A DNA stretch of 64,000 bases, taken from positions 977 through 64,976 of the forward strand of contig CALVPQ010000003.1 of assembly GCA_944351415.1 (NCBI GenBank). Reading direction: 5' to 3'. The position numbers and the translations under genes were made by a program. Positions 22,801-29,705 of the stretch are shown here, piece by piece (the stretch's first letter is position 1; every line of letters starts with the position of its first letter). The notes beneath the pieces were generated by a model. It worked only from the letters and a program-made list of their open reading frames with translations, did no database searches and was not told the origin of the DNA. This DNA comes from an uncultured Clostridia bacterium (lineage in GTDB: Bacteria; Bacillota; Clostridia; Christensenellales; UBA1242).

Positions 22801-25354
22801 AGGCAGGATATGCAAAGAGATATGCATCTTGATTATTTACGGTTATGTTGAACACAGCTTCTCTTGCACTTGCAAGATTAGTTCCCGAGTAAACATCGGC
22901 ATAAGCTGCATTTACACCATAATTTCTTATGTTTTCATTTGTGCTACTTGGGTCAATATAATAACCTTCCCCATCACTTTCTTTAAATACGTTTAAATTG
23001 CCTATATAATTAAAAGCAACTATATCTAAATAATATATTTTAGTTATTGTTTCAAGTTTAAAATCAACTATGCTATAGCCACCAATCATAAGTTGGAGTT
23101 CACTAGAGCCATTTGCTCTTACATAAACATTAAAGTTTTTGTTATTATTCGCTGCATCAGCATCACCAATTTGAATTAATTGCGATGTGGTGAATTGAAT
23201 ATTTGTGATGGCTGTTGAAGATTCATTGTTGTTTGCTATAACCTCAACATCAAAAAATGTTGTTGAACCTTCGGTATTATACACATAGAATAAAGTTGAG
23301 TATCTTTCACCCTCTTCAACATCTTCCACATATCTAATTGAATTTTGTTGATTTTGAGTTTCTATTGATATAGAACCAAGTGATTCTAGAACGGTAATTG
23401 TTAGTGTTGTTTGTTCACCATTATCAAGGATTACTGAGTATGTTCCAGTGCCAGTTGTTATTGGTATAATTTGTAAATTCAGTTGATAAATATCACCTTC
23501 CTGAATATAAGGTTCTTGTTCATCTATTATAAATCTTGCGACATTAGTTCCTGAAAGACTGCTTACAGTTATATTTGAAAATTGAGCATCTGCATACAAA
23601 TCTAAAAATACAACTGGTTCTTGTGAATTTAAGTCTAAATAAATTCTATCTGCAAATTCTTCAGTTTGAAAATCAACAAAGTTTGCACCTTGAACAATTT
23701 CATATTGAAGTGCAAGTTGTAAACTTCCCTCTTGAATAACATTAAAGTTTAATGTTATTGGTATTGTTTGCACATCTTCAGTTACTGTTGCATTGCTAAC
23801 ACCCTTTATATAAACTGGTTGACTTAAATCATAAATAATAACAACTTGGTCTTGATATATTGTGTTGTTATATCTAAGTTGCAAATCTGTGTCTGTTAAA
23901 TCTATAACAAGTTCATCATACTCAGCATCTTCTGGATTTATTGAGAATAAGAACTCTTGCCAACCAAAAGATGTGCCTGCATAATTATTATAGAAAGTAT
24001 AAAGAACATCTGCAGTAGTGAAATCAATATTATTTATAAGCAAATTTGTTGGTATTACTCTGATATTTACAGGTATGGAATATACATAATTTACATTTTC
24101 ATCTTCGCTGTTTTCAAATCCTTCATAATAGAAGTTAATGTTTAAGTTTGTTAAGTTTTCAACACCTGTTGCACAATCTACTTGGAAATAATACGTTGTT
24201 TGTCCGCTTAATGAAAGTTGCCCTATGCGTTTAACATTTATAACATTTACATCATCTACAAAGGTTTTAACTTGAATTAAATCATTCTCACTATTTATAG
24301 TTACACCTAAATACACAGTGATAAAATCTATAGTGTCTCCAACAAAAAATCCATCTAATATTGTGCTTTGGTATCCTGGAACGAGAGTTATGCCACCATG
24401 GCTTACATCTTCTATTATATGTAGCGTATCTGAGCCAATTATATATTCTCGCTCAACTATTCTATAGCCATATTCATGACTTACACTTTCATAGTCTATA
24501 TCAACAATAACATAAAAATCTCTTTGGCAATATATTATTTCTCCACCTTCAACACGATTAACCGCAAAGAAGGTAAACTTATCTCCTGCTTGCACTTCTG
24601 AGGCAGTTGTGGTATCAAACACATATTCACCATTTTCATTTGCAACATTTATAAAGTTATAGAAAGTGTTTTGTGTTCTATTGTTTGTTACACCTTGACC
24701 TAGTGTATATAAACTTCCTGTGCTATCAGTAAAAATTATATATTGACTATCATTGATTTCAATTAAATTTGCTTGAATAAATGAATTTACGTAAGCATCA
24801 TTTACTGTAATGTCTTCTATTGTTAGACTTGAACTATTATTTACCTTACCATAAAAATAGAACTCTAAGTCTCTTTCTGTTGTATTATCTGAGAAAGTGA
24901 AGTCTGCTGCAGATGGATATAATTCTGTGGATAATGAAAGGTATAAAGCATTATCTGAAGCAGAAATATTTGAAGAATATTCTCTAACATTTATTCTTAT
25001 AGTGCAAGAAATATTACCTTCATTTGTGCGAACAGTCATATCAGAAACTCCGCCCTTTATACCTGTTATTGCATAAATTGTGGAATAGTTCTGTGTGCTA
25101 AGCAAAGATACAGTGCAAATAGAAGGATTAGATAATGTATAAGAAAGTGAACTTGCCATATCACTTACTGGATTATTGATTGTGAAAGTGACATTTTGAG
25201 CATTTTCATCATCTACAAACATTACAACCTCTTCTCGCGAAGCAGTTAATGTTACGTTTGAATAATCTTTTTCCCCACAGCTTGCAAAAAGAAAGCTTGC
25301 AACGACAAGTAGCAAACTAAAAACAAACATACTTATTTTTTTTGATATTGTCAT
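13853..25354 (-). CDS. Giant (3833 aa) surface lipoprotein with Ig-like regions and three GLUG-repeat modules
   Basis: This is one uninterrupted 11,502-nt ORF with AAGGAAGG 5 nt upstream of the ATG. It has a signal peptide and lipobox (LFAS-C26). Three modules lie at about nt 22080-20800, 17790-16740 and 16280-14880. Each carries 6-10 copies of a GG[IVL][VA]G.N.G.I motif, for example YIGGVVGINNGTI, FMGGIAATNSGYITNC and FVGGLVGGTENS. The flanking regions are beta-rich and Big_2-like (ITVRGTGIANVTATSIL). I found no LPXTG, SLH or C-terminal TM. Confidence 0.8.
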   Translation of the reverse strand: MTISKKISMFVFSLLLVVASFLFASCGEKDYSNVTLTASREEVVMFVDDENAQNVTFTINNPVSDMASSLSYTLSNPSICTVSLLSTQNYSTIYAITGIKGGVSDMTVRTNEGNISCTIRINVREYSSNISASDNALYLSLSTELYPSAADFTFSDNTTERDLEFYFYGKVNNSSSLTIEDITVNDAYVNSFIQANLIEINDSQYIIFTDSTGSLYTLGQGVTNNRTQNTFYNFINVANENGEYVFDTTTASEVQAGDKFTFFAVNRVEGGEIIYCQRDFYVIVDIDYESVSHEYGYRIVEREYIIGSDTLHIIEDVSHGGITLVPGYQSTILDGFFVGDTIDFITVYLGVTINSENDLIQVKTFVDDVNVINVKRIGQLSLSGQTTYYFQVDCATGVENLTNLNINFYYEGFENSEDENVNYVYSIPVNIRVIPTNLLINNIDFTTADVLYTFYNNYAGTSFGWQEFLFSINPEDAEYDELVIDLTDTDLQLRYNNTIYQDQVVIIYDLSQPVYIKGVSNATVTEDVQTIPITLNFNVIQEGSLQLALQYEIVQGANFVDFQTEEFADRIYLDLNSQEPVVFLDLYADAQFSNITVSSLSGTNVARFIIDEQEPYIQEGDIYQLNLQIIPITTGTGTYSVILDNGEQTTLTITVLESLGSISIETQNQQNSIRYVEDVEEGERYSTLFYVYNTEGSTTFFDVEVIANNNESSTAITNIQFTTSQLIQIGDADAANNNKNFNVYVRANGSSELQLMIGGYSIVDFKLETITKIYYLDIVAFNYIGNLNVFKESDGEGYYIDPSSTNENIRNYGVNAAYADVYSGTNLASAREAVFNITVNNQDAYLFAYPAYLDAETRTAYVENTFDQSYVYWETDSDLGIQKNSQPVDIMYQTAEDNNVYTIVGLGTFDTSTLTFTAFSNIENPRNFKLIAHVRQYGRVYSYTVNVRISVYEEVNRITLQDSITSIEFTSTERQHSIIAYPTNLTATNGEIVALFEGGDITIENANGTTSTYYMLDENSIDYIESDGRYQIILTVNDEFVTHAENYQYEMEGTLWIAARDWLDDNNNILSDYQSLAINIEVRFANGTEQNRFTIESAEDLINMNLSAHYQINTTIDVSAISEALPLGELQGSIVGTSEYAEITGINIINSIHNGNNNSDYYGLFTSIGTNAYIEYVKFSGEFNIARSDSINSFAGRSRVGLIAGSNEGTLINVGVTIMSSNINVTDGYIGGVVGINNGTIIQDYTLFEENSSNTRSYTEEQLKNVDGRYGVVGSGRYSYAGLTPNILVYMEGTMTVNYIASQISSLTTYVGGVAGSNNGIIEKIDSKVLSYTGYTNYMAYSQISLVPVSFDGFATLTNQTYVGGLTGASSATSSIIGGYNSYQNNTLSFVIYSSYQGAYETATNSDYVAGQGIIVGGQVSGYDYVGGVVGFIDTIGEDGIAQNDFTGITSRTFVRGLLSSVATPTPANVAGIANIENVNTINSAFAMQAVDIGYTGINSSMITLHSTSVISSYFRTTNIANSNKLAFGILEGNTVAVMNGVDGEMQDNINYVNVNTFVLSRSRIELTGSNISVNSLTRTSYYGDFVIVGDNGSTLLAQSFFVEGGDMFLSLNEGFNNKLTAEEYDGQQGLGNKEIYYMFYFAASSTDNSDENQGYQELLDSYMNSVNFNSVLYPFTTKGEMSFTSNTRDILSFDQNGRITVRGTGIANVTATSILNTNNAIEFYIYVINYFNPDDEDLTENSESSSIIYPNGSSNSLPIGDTTINLRGQNSASLYVRPHYTLNMQLSSSATENSRIDVDAQGVAILNNVVFNLATNTVVTAQVTKVQKQVEVTDSETGETTIEYQDASAELDIEVTGQTIVIRRNDLTQEEDYKITITPVVEFTFLENNTQTGEQVNVTYISGVNRELDNVTINYRKGASSINNTKYNNATLLSSRKIEDVIVIDSTAEENLPLYYIVRSDNVNIQGSDVLEAQGFNFLYGSEEFLFDVSFVADLNNSENLSNQRFNLTISVNKNSQAYINRYIENIYGQYTIYILAESNTAIYTSITINFEQTNITSVVVDNYSNLAESTGTVGISSTSNYAYPGTTGLLAITITPDDSDFDYILIENVDENYNTGNASANFGFLARKANTTGEENIFDDKSIVGSATATGLRINLNDIISTYNQTGSGDAENQNIYYTYNGVVYISYDLTSVNVNDESTTSIRITIMKDGEVAYSVIKNLTVRLQNYVSVELNGKTPTSTNEGGFYASYNVARGMRYQLNINSYGYLSSSISAPVLSDDTYATIVEEEGIYYLEITSNTVNYDNEANIFNISITATQVDGDNVRTSSSLTRIVIQEYVLEYNGELVGNSEDIISGMGNGEINVQVGTQTTFSVDIFSHIEYDSTNIEVVNSVEEFMNGLAYNGIWRVATNLISDQLPDYAQADEEGEVYELGYDANGNILSGSNYYFNYAGLNLTPVRTHEPEDRFYYITFYSNYSYSDSTGTYTAERPDTENNNDGAIIIGSQTVHTEFVLNVYSSSSEESPIPIYDYNDLLDMQSGGYYILLNDITLPNKANESQGIEAFSPLVATFKSLDGNGHTISFAGTYDLGSSSSIGLFTTLPEDSIIRNLNINFTAAIDGSDTNIEPDDDYGWYNLRTVKFITTSDAFNFGSIVADNQGIITNCRVTTDTVSGSEYYVVVKADNALDGSSFMGGIAATNSGYITNCAVSINMRTPYNMGGIVGQNSGKIAASYFKNGVIENNSQQSQHVAGFVVTNLESGQIITSYVSGEQSNTSLYSKDSVSSISSTIAAAGFVYQNAGYISDCYTDIDLSKTTSDMAGFVYMNGGEIKNSFSLSVLRNNVTASAGFARYDSYDNNTGTFENCYYLYNEEQESGEGIVDSESGFIIGESDINTSVIPIAYDGIERLNAGGFADVAENFANYSYQNSMGTNAVWFFSNGNTSTTYVDYVPTTQTIDIPGDEGNVQTNTVYETELMTFALNRLELVSPNIAALSIRNFSYSELDANTGEVIYHYIDDSSTPNRGSIHNPRLIYDAATMESEISEQTSASNLNITNYRIISDIDYSTYEELSVLYQTIFAGNLEGNGMEISQISLVSMDSLTNAGLFAQIGYSANNTGTVKNLTIAPSQVAFANTNSVGTLAGTLRYGYIYDVTIDGRANISSEDTGGTVVIGRNFVGGVIGRAINSYSIKNISSNINVSSTYTSSLDATYTEAQTNLTSFSYSGSIAGFMGTGTAYNMEISETSSIQGSRAGFAFGGIGNNANISMVFVDVLQDSIIRAYHYGGYVVGEVSGNLSYVHVSGSQSMESTFSVIPRAANSVGGITGILSGGTISNAVMEQSFRATSVSTSSSTIYNVGGIAGIITNAGNRPSYIEFSIVNADIEGASILGGAVGAIENVLFIDNVAVKSTNLSVVGQKANPYLGGVVGLLSGDNNASLTMTNSYCTSLLTLNTSTSGLESAAFVGGLVGGTENSRVPYLAYCYTTSTVDATVVDNRSIDAVSTYSSFFDAEGMKTNPNATFSYSINNNTSNGNFNHVYYLGHNTSTTATSEAYNRSENYNVTYRTKVLNVAIGLTVNNYGTSSLEYGEEYFKYTNAAMSTGITEDVYYNLFADVYHIPLFASAGTNDENDSEAEEEPSLRPAVELVYDHSNNSYMLGNNILEYNENNGDYVFVNNQTQLISTPEEDYGGTLDIIYYVGNTRYEYGTYHNRTGFWEIGHTSSPDDCQTSIQVTSIEKTLNFAYAIQNIILADSAGNYFEQMQYDIGESYPVLAYRNILTNTVYYQVYHQVDGVTTVSFETADGVALTEIPTLPVWITQTTGLSILAFENELEWLNR

Positions 25355-25466
25355 ACAACCTTCCTTTTATTCTTGTGTTAAATTATTTGCAAATATAGTT
25401 ATAAAATAATTACTTTTATATATAAAATCTATATTGTATAATATTGTTCTTCCCTTTAAGTCAAAA

Positions 25467-28142
25467 TTATTCATTCTTCTCTTTAAAGATTGATGTTACA
25501 TAGTCAAGTGGGTGGATTTGAACCATTGTTCTGGCAGTTGGAGAAGTAATAACGAATGCTTGTCCAACAGTTGCAGAAACGATACGGTTACGTTCTGTTT
25601 TATTAATACCACCTGAGTTTTTATAAAGTTCAATAAGGTCGTTAACGTCGTTTGGTGATAGCGAGAAAATAAGTGAATATTGACAAGCATTAATAACCGC
25701 AGTTGATTGACGTTTAATTTCTTCTGAACCTACGAAGTCATTAATGTTCTGAGTGATGACTATTTGCATCCCACCATACTTACGGATTCTCTTTGCCATT
25801 GCTGTCATGAAATTTAAGGCTATTGGATACTTAGGGTTAATGAATGTGTGAGCCTCGTCAACGACAACAATAATCTTTCTGTTTGTGTTGTGAATTTTAT
25901 TATAATCCTTATTGTTAATAATTTCATTTTCAATATACTTAAATACAAGAAGCATCTGTGCATTTGTTAGCATATCATTATTACCAGCGATAAGCGATTG
26001 GAAATTGAAACATACAAAGTTTTCATTTGTTTCAATTGATGTTGGACCATTCCACAAGTTCGAGTTACGTCCACCCTTTGCAAATTTACGTATATAGGCT
26101 TCGGCAACACGAAGGTTATTAAGTGTAAACTCTTCTTTTGCTGTTTGAAGTCTTTCCTGCAAAAGGTCATAAAGGTCGTCAAACGTTGGATAGTCTGTTG
26201 GTTTTAAGTCTTTAAGTTCGGTATTTTCATCTATATTAAATCTTGCATATAAGTCTAAAACTAGTGAGTTGATAATTTCAAAGGCATCTGAAGAAATACC
26301 TTCAAGAATTGTTCTAAAGAATTGTTCAAGGAACTGCAAATGTTGATTGAAAGAATCATCTTGTCTTTCTTTCTTTGATTTACCATTTTCTTCATTATCT
26401 TCTTTTTCGTCATCATCTTTATCAAGAGCACGAATTACGTGGAATGGATTGATTATACCTTGCAGTGATGAACCAACATCAATAAGTTTTCCATGCAAGC
26501 TATCTGTAAGTTTTGCATACTCTTTTTCAGGGTCACAGATGAATATCTTTGTGTTATCAGCTGAGAAATTTGCAAGAAGTGTTTTGGTTGCAAAGGATTT
26601 ACCTGAACCAGACTTGCCAATAATCATCATATTAGAGTTTACTCTTTGAGCATCACGTTTGAAGAAGTCGATAAACACAGGATATTCATTATCACCAATA
26701 TAAAAGCCATTTTCATCTTGAAGTTCTGATGATACAAATGGGAATACACCAGCAAGAGTATAAGTTGGAATGCCACGTTGCAATTCTTTTATATTATCTC
26801 TCATTGAAATACCAGTGCTAATAAATGCATCAATTTGTCTTGCAAAGAGTTCGGTATAACGATACCCTTCTTGTTTTAAAACTGCCTTTACATCTTTTCT
26901 TGCCGCATCTTCACAAGTGATAAATGTGTTTACGTCATATAGTTGTTGGTTATTATTTTTGAGTTCTGCAAGAAGGTTTCTTAGAGTTTGAAGGTGTGTT
27001 GTGATTTCAATTCTTGTGCTTGATTTACCCGTTTTTGAAAGTCTTGTCTCCATATCCATGATGGCTTTATCGATTTTTTTCTCTGAATCAAATTTTGGAG
27101 CTTTTTTAAACTTCATAACTACTTTTGTTCGGTCAAGAAGGAAGAAGGAAGTTCCCCATGCATTGCCTACTTGAAGTGGATATTCAGTGATGGCATAAGT
27201 TCTATAGTTATTTCCATCAATATTGTATTTTGCTGATGAAAATTTAATTTTTTCAGGAACTGCCCAATTAACATATTCTGCAAAAGGCACACTTTCAAGT
27301 TCTCTTTCATTAAACTCTCTATTATAATTTGCTCTTAAGAATACTGCAAGTTCACTTCCAACAAGCCTTTTTGTTGTTACAGGTGTAAGAGAAGTTGCAA
27401 GTGAAGCTGCCATACCATTGACGGTATTTTCAAGAGCTTCTATATCTCTGCCTAGAACAACTAAGTAGAAATAGTCTTTATATATCTTATTTGTTCTATT
27501 CTTATCTTCAATAAATGCAACACGTTCTTCAAAGATAGGTGCCCTTGCATCAACCTCTGCTTGAGTCATCTGATGTTCGTATAATTGGTCAAGAAGTCTA
27601 TCATACTTTCTGTTCTCATTATATGCATAGTTATCAAGAACCATTGCTTTGTTTATCTTTACAATCTCACAAACCTGGTTATCATCAAGTCTTCTTAAAG
27701 CATTACCAAAACCAATATCAATAACATTGTTTTGGCTGTATTCATTCAATAGGTCGAATAAAATAGGTTTAACCTCAAGCACTTCTGCATAATAGCTCCC
27801 ATAAGAGATACATCTGTCTTGATAAATTGATTCAAAAGGTATGATATTTTTCATATTAGGTTTACCCTTTTTAGGGTTCTTTTCATATTTCTTTTTCTGC
27901 ATAGAAAATCTTGCAAGGTGTGCAATAGTCACATAAAACCTATCACTATCTGCTATCTTAAAAAATAGTGATATGCCTAGTATTGCCCATACCATTGCAA
28001 TCCAGATATGCCCTGGAAAGTTTGCCGCTGCAAGCACTATAAGAATTACAACTGCAATAACAGCAAGCAATAAATCAAGGCCTGTAAAGCCCCTTATAAA
28101 TTCAAGTTTGACTTTTGTTCTTCTAGGAACTACTCTAACCAT
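25467..28142 (-). CDS. VirB4/TrsE-type secretion ATPase with fused N-terminal VirB3/PrgI-like membrane segment
   Basis: There are two N-terminal TM helices (LLLAVIAVVILIVLAAANF, IWIAMVWAILGISLFF). Walker A is IIGKSGSGKSFATKT (nt 26582-26630) and Walker B is KIIVVVDEAH (nt 25841-25870). RKYGGMQIVITQNINDF follows. The SD GAGG lies 5 nt upstream of the ATG. Confidence 0.65.
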   Translation of the reverse strand: MVRVVPRRTKVKLEFIRGFTGLDLLLAVIAVVILIVLAAANFPGHIWIAMVWAILGISLFFKIADSDRFYVTIAHLARFSMQKKKYEKNPKKGKPNMKNIIPFESIYQDRCISYGSYYAEVLEVKPILFDLLNEYSQNNVIDIGFGNALRRLDDNQVCEIVKINKAMVLDNYAYNENRKYDRLLDQLYEHQMTQAEVDARAPIFEERVAFIEDKNRTNKIYKDYFYLVVLGRDIEALENTVNGMAASLATSLTPVTTKRLVGSELAVFLRANYNREFNERELESVPFAEYVNWAVPEKIKFSSAKYNIDGNNYRTYAITEYPLQVGNAWGTSFFLLDRTKVVMKFKKAPKFDSEKKIDKAIMDMETRLSKTGKSSTRIEITTHLQTLRNLLAELKNNNQQLYDVNTFITCEDAARKDVKAVLKQEGYRYTELFARQIDAFISTGISMRDNIKELQRGIPTYTLAGVFPFVSSELQDENGFYIGDNEYPVFIDFFKRDAQRVNSNMMIIGKSGSGKSFATKTLLANFSADNTKIFICDPEKEYAKLTDSLHGKLIDVGSSLQGIINPFHVIRALDKDDDEKEDNEENGKSKKERQDDSFNQHLQFLEQFFRTILEGISSDAFEIINSLVLDLYARFNIDENTELKDLKPTDYPTFDDLYDLLQERLQTAKEEFTLNNLRVAEAYIRKFAKGGRNSNLWNGPTSIETNENFVCFNFQSLIAGNNDMLTNAQMLLVFKYIENEIINNKDYNKIHNTNRKIIVVVDEAHTFINPKYPIALNFMTAMAKRIRKYGGMQIVITQNINDFVGSEEIKRQSTAVINACQYSLIFSLSPNDVNDLIELYKNSGGINKTERNRIVSATVGQAFVITSPTARTMVQIHPLDYVTSIFKEKNE

Positions 28143-28388
28143 ATTTACCTCGCTAACTTATTTTACTACAATTTATAGCAAAAATACAAACGATTAAACG
28201 AGATTTTACATATTTTTTATAAATATTAAGTTTTTAGATAAAATAAAAAAAATACTTTTTATTTTAAAAATTATTTTTTAATATAAAAAATATTTAATAA
28301 AAAATGCAAAAAAATAAAAAAATGACTAAAAATTATATTTTTTAACCATTTTTAATAAAACTTCACCTATTTTTTTTATTTTTTGGAT

Positions 28389-29129
28389 TTATTTACTATA
28401 GTATAACAAAAAATTAAGTTTATTGTGTTTTTTTGCACGATTTATTATATTTTGATTTATTATATCATATTTCTTTGCAATTATTTCATTGTTATAACCA
28501 TATAAGTCTGCTTGCATTGTTCTTCCAATTATACTGTTTTGGTTTGCAAGTATTCTATATGGTTTTGTGCTTACACTATTTACATTAAATTTTTCATTAT
28601 TTTGTTGCAAGTTTATTTGACTATCACTTGCATTAATATTTTGAATATAGGCATTAGGTAAGTTTTTATCTTCATTTTTAAATATAGTTCTTTTCTTGTT
28701 TTTTCTATCATTTTTAATATTTGAACCATAAATTATATAATCTTTGCTAGACAATCGAACAAAACGCTGAAAAAACTCGCATTTATCTGTTACAATTCTT
28801 TTTACCTGTCTGCCCTGCAAGATAACATCAATAACCCTCCCTAAGTTTAAGCCGCCTGCATCATAGACAATTTTCCCAATAGGATTGAAAGTTTCTTCAT
28901 CTAAATATAAACTTAAAAAATCCCCTTCAATCATTATACACTCACCACTATGACTCTTTATATTTTCATAATCTAGTGTGAAAAGCTTTTCACTTTCATC
29001 ATCAGCAATAACAAAAGATAGAATATTTTTAACATTGCTATCAAACATAGCATTTAGCACATAACCCACGAGTTCCCCGCTTTGCAAAGATATAACTTTT
29101 TTTGAAATATAATCACTTAATTTTTCCAT
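28389..29129 (-). CDS. PRC-barrel domain protein (YlmC/YmxH-like, extended)
   Basis: The N-terminus VISLQSGELVGYVLNAMFD...ILSFVI looks like a YlmC/YmxH PRC barrel. A second similar segment is GKIVYDAGGLNLGRVIDVIL, and the C-terminal part is Asn-rich. Confidence 0.5.
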   Translation of the reverse strand: MEKLSDYISKKVISLQSGELVGYVLNAMFDSNVKNILSFVIADDESEKLFTLDYENIKSHSGECIMIEGDFLSLYLDEETFNPIGKIVYDAGGLNLGRVIDVILQGRQVKRIVTDKCEFFQRFVRLSSKDYIIYGSNIKNDRKNKKRTIFKNEDKNLPNAYIQNINASDSQINLQQNNEKFNVNSVSTKPYRILANQNSIIGRTMQADLYGYNNEIIAKKYDIINQNIINRAKKHNKLNFLLYYSK

Positions 29130-29242
29130 GCTATAACATATACGAAGTTTACTTAATTTATGACTTAAACTTGAAAACTAGCCTTTTTTCTACATTTTTT
29201 GCATGATTTTGCAAGTATTTTTGATTAAAATCGCTATTTAAT

Positions 29243-29270
29243 TTGACTTTAATTTTAATTGTGTTATAAT
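29243..29270 (+). promoter_or_regulatory. Extended -10 promoter abutting the start codon (leaderless candidate)
   Basis: TTGACT (29243-29248) is separated by 16 nt from TGtTATAAT (29262-29270). Only 7 nt (ATAAGGC) separate the -10 from ATG 29278. Confidence 0.55.
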
Positions 29271-29277
29271 ATAAGGC

Positions 29278-29523
29278 ATGAAAAAAGAAGAAAAGAAACC
29301 TGTTATAACTAAAGATATGATAATAGACGACGTGCTTCAGCTTGATGAAAACTTAGGCGATGTTTTTATGGGGTTTGGTATGCACTGCATTTTTTGCCAT
29401 CTTGGGCTTGAAGAGACGGTTGAAGAAGCAGCTACCGTTCATGAAGTTGACCCTGAATTTTTAGTTCAAAAGCTCAACGAAGTTTATGAGCAAGACAGCA
29501 AAAATAAAAATAAGACAAATTAA
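29278..29523 (+). CDS. DUF1858-type small protein (hybrid-cluster-protein-associated redox disulfide domain)
   Basis: ITKDMIIDDVL...VFMGFGMHCIFCHLGLEETVEEAATVHEVD matches the DUF1858 pattern (ITKDMTI...GMHC.GC...ESIEEAA.VHG.D). Confidence 0.6.
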   Translation: MKKEEKKPVITKDMIIDDVLQLDENLGDVFMGFGMHCIFCHLGLEETVEEAATVHEVDPEFLVQKLNEVYEQDSKNKNKTN

Positions 29524-29569
29524 CTTAAAATTTCTATAATTGTATAATAGATATAAAATAAAATCATAA

Positions 29570-29598
29570 AAGGCAATGCTAATCATTGCCTTTTTCTT
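29570..29598 (+). terminator. Intrinsic terminator
   Basis: A 9-bp stem AAGGCAATG / CATTGCCTT with loop CTAAT is followed by TTTCTTT. Confidence 0.7.
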
Positions 29599-29705
29599 TG
29601 TTGCTCGATATATTTGTTTCTTCAGTATTCTGAGATATAGTTGTATCTTCTTTATGTAAGTCGCCCGTTTCTGATTGTGAATTACTTTTCTTCTTTACTA
29701 GCTCT

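Noticed and set aside
25336-25343. An A8 run in codons 4-7 of the giant gene as a slipped-strand phase-variation switch.
   Set aside because: A7-A8 runs are frequent throughout this AT-rich sequence, including in housekeeping genes and spacers. There is no evidence of length heterogeneity from a single sequence.
13853-28142. Annotating the ATPase and giant-gene block as an integrative conjugative element.
   Set aside because: I could recognise no integrase, relaxase, coupling protein, VirB6-like protein, hydrolase, flanking direct repeats or tRNA target in the window. Only one T4SS-type gene is present.
29600-29705. A Ser/Glu-rich reading frame after the stop of ORF 29706-30041, as a possible frameshifted C-terminal extension.
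   Set aside because: It is in a different frame with no slippery site, it is low-complexity, and it ends in the terminator hairpin. There is not enough evidence for recoding or a pseudogene.
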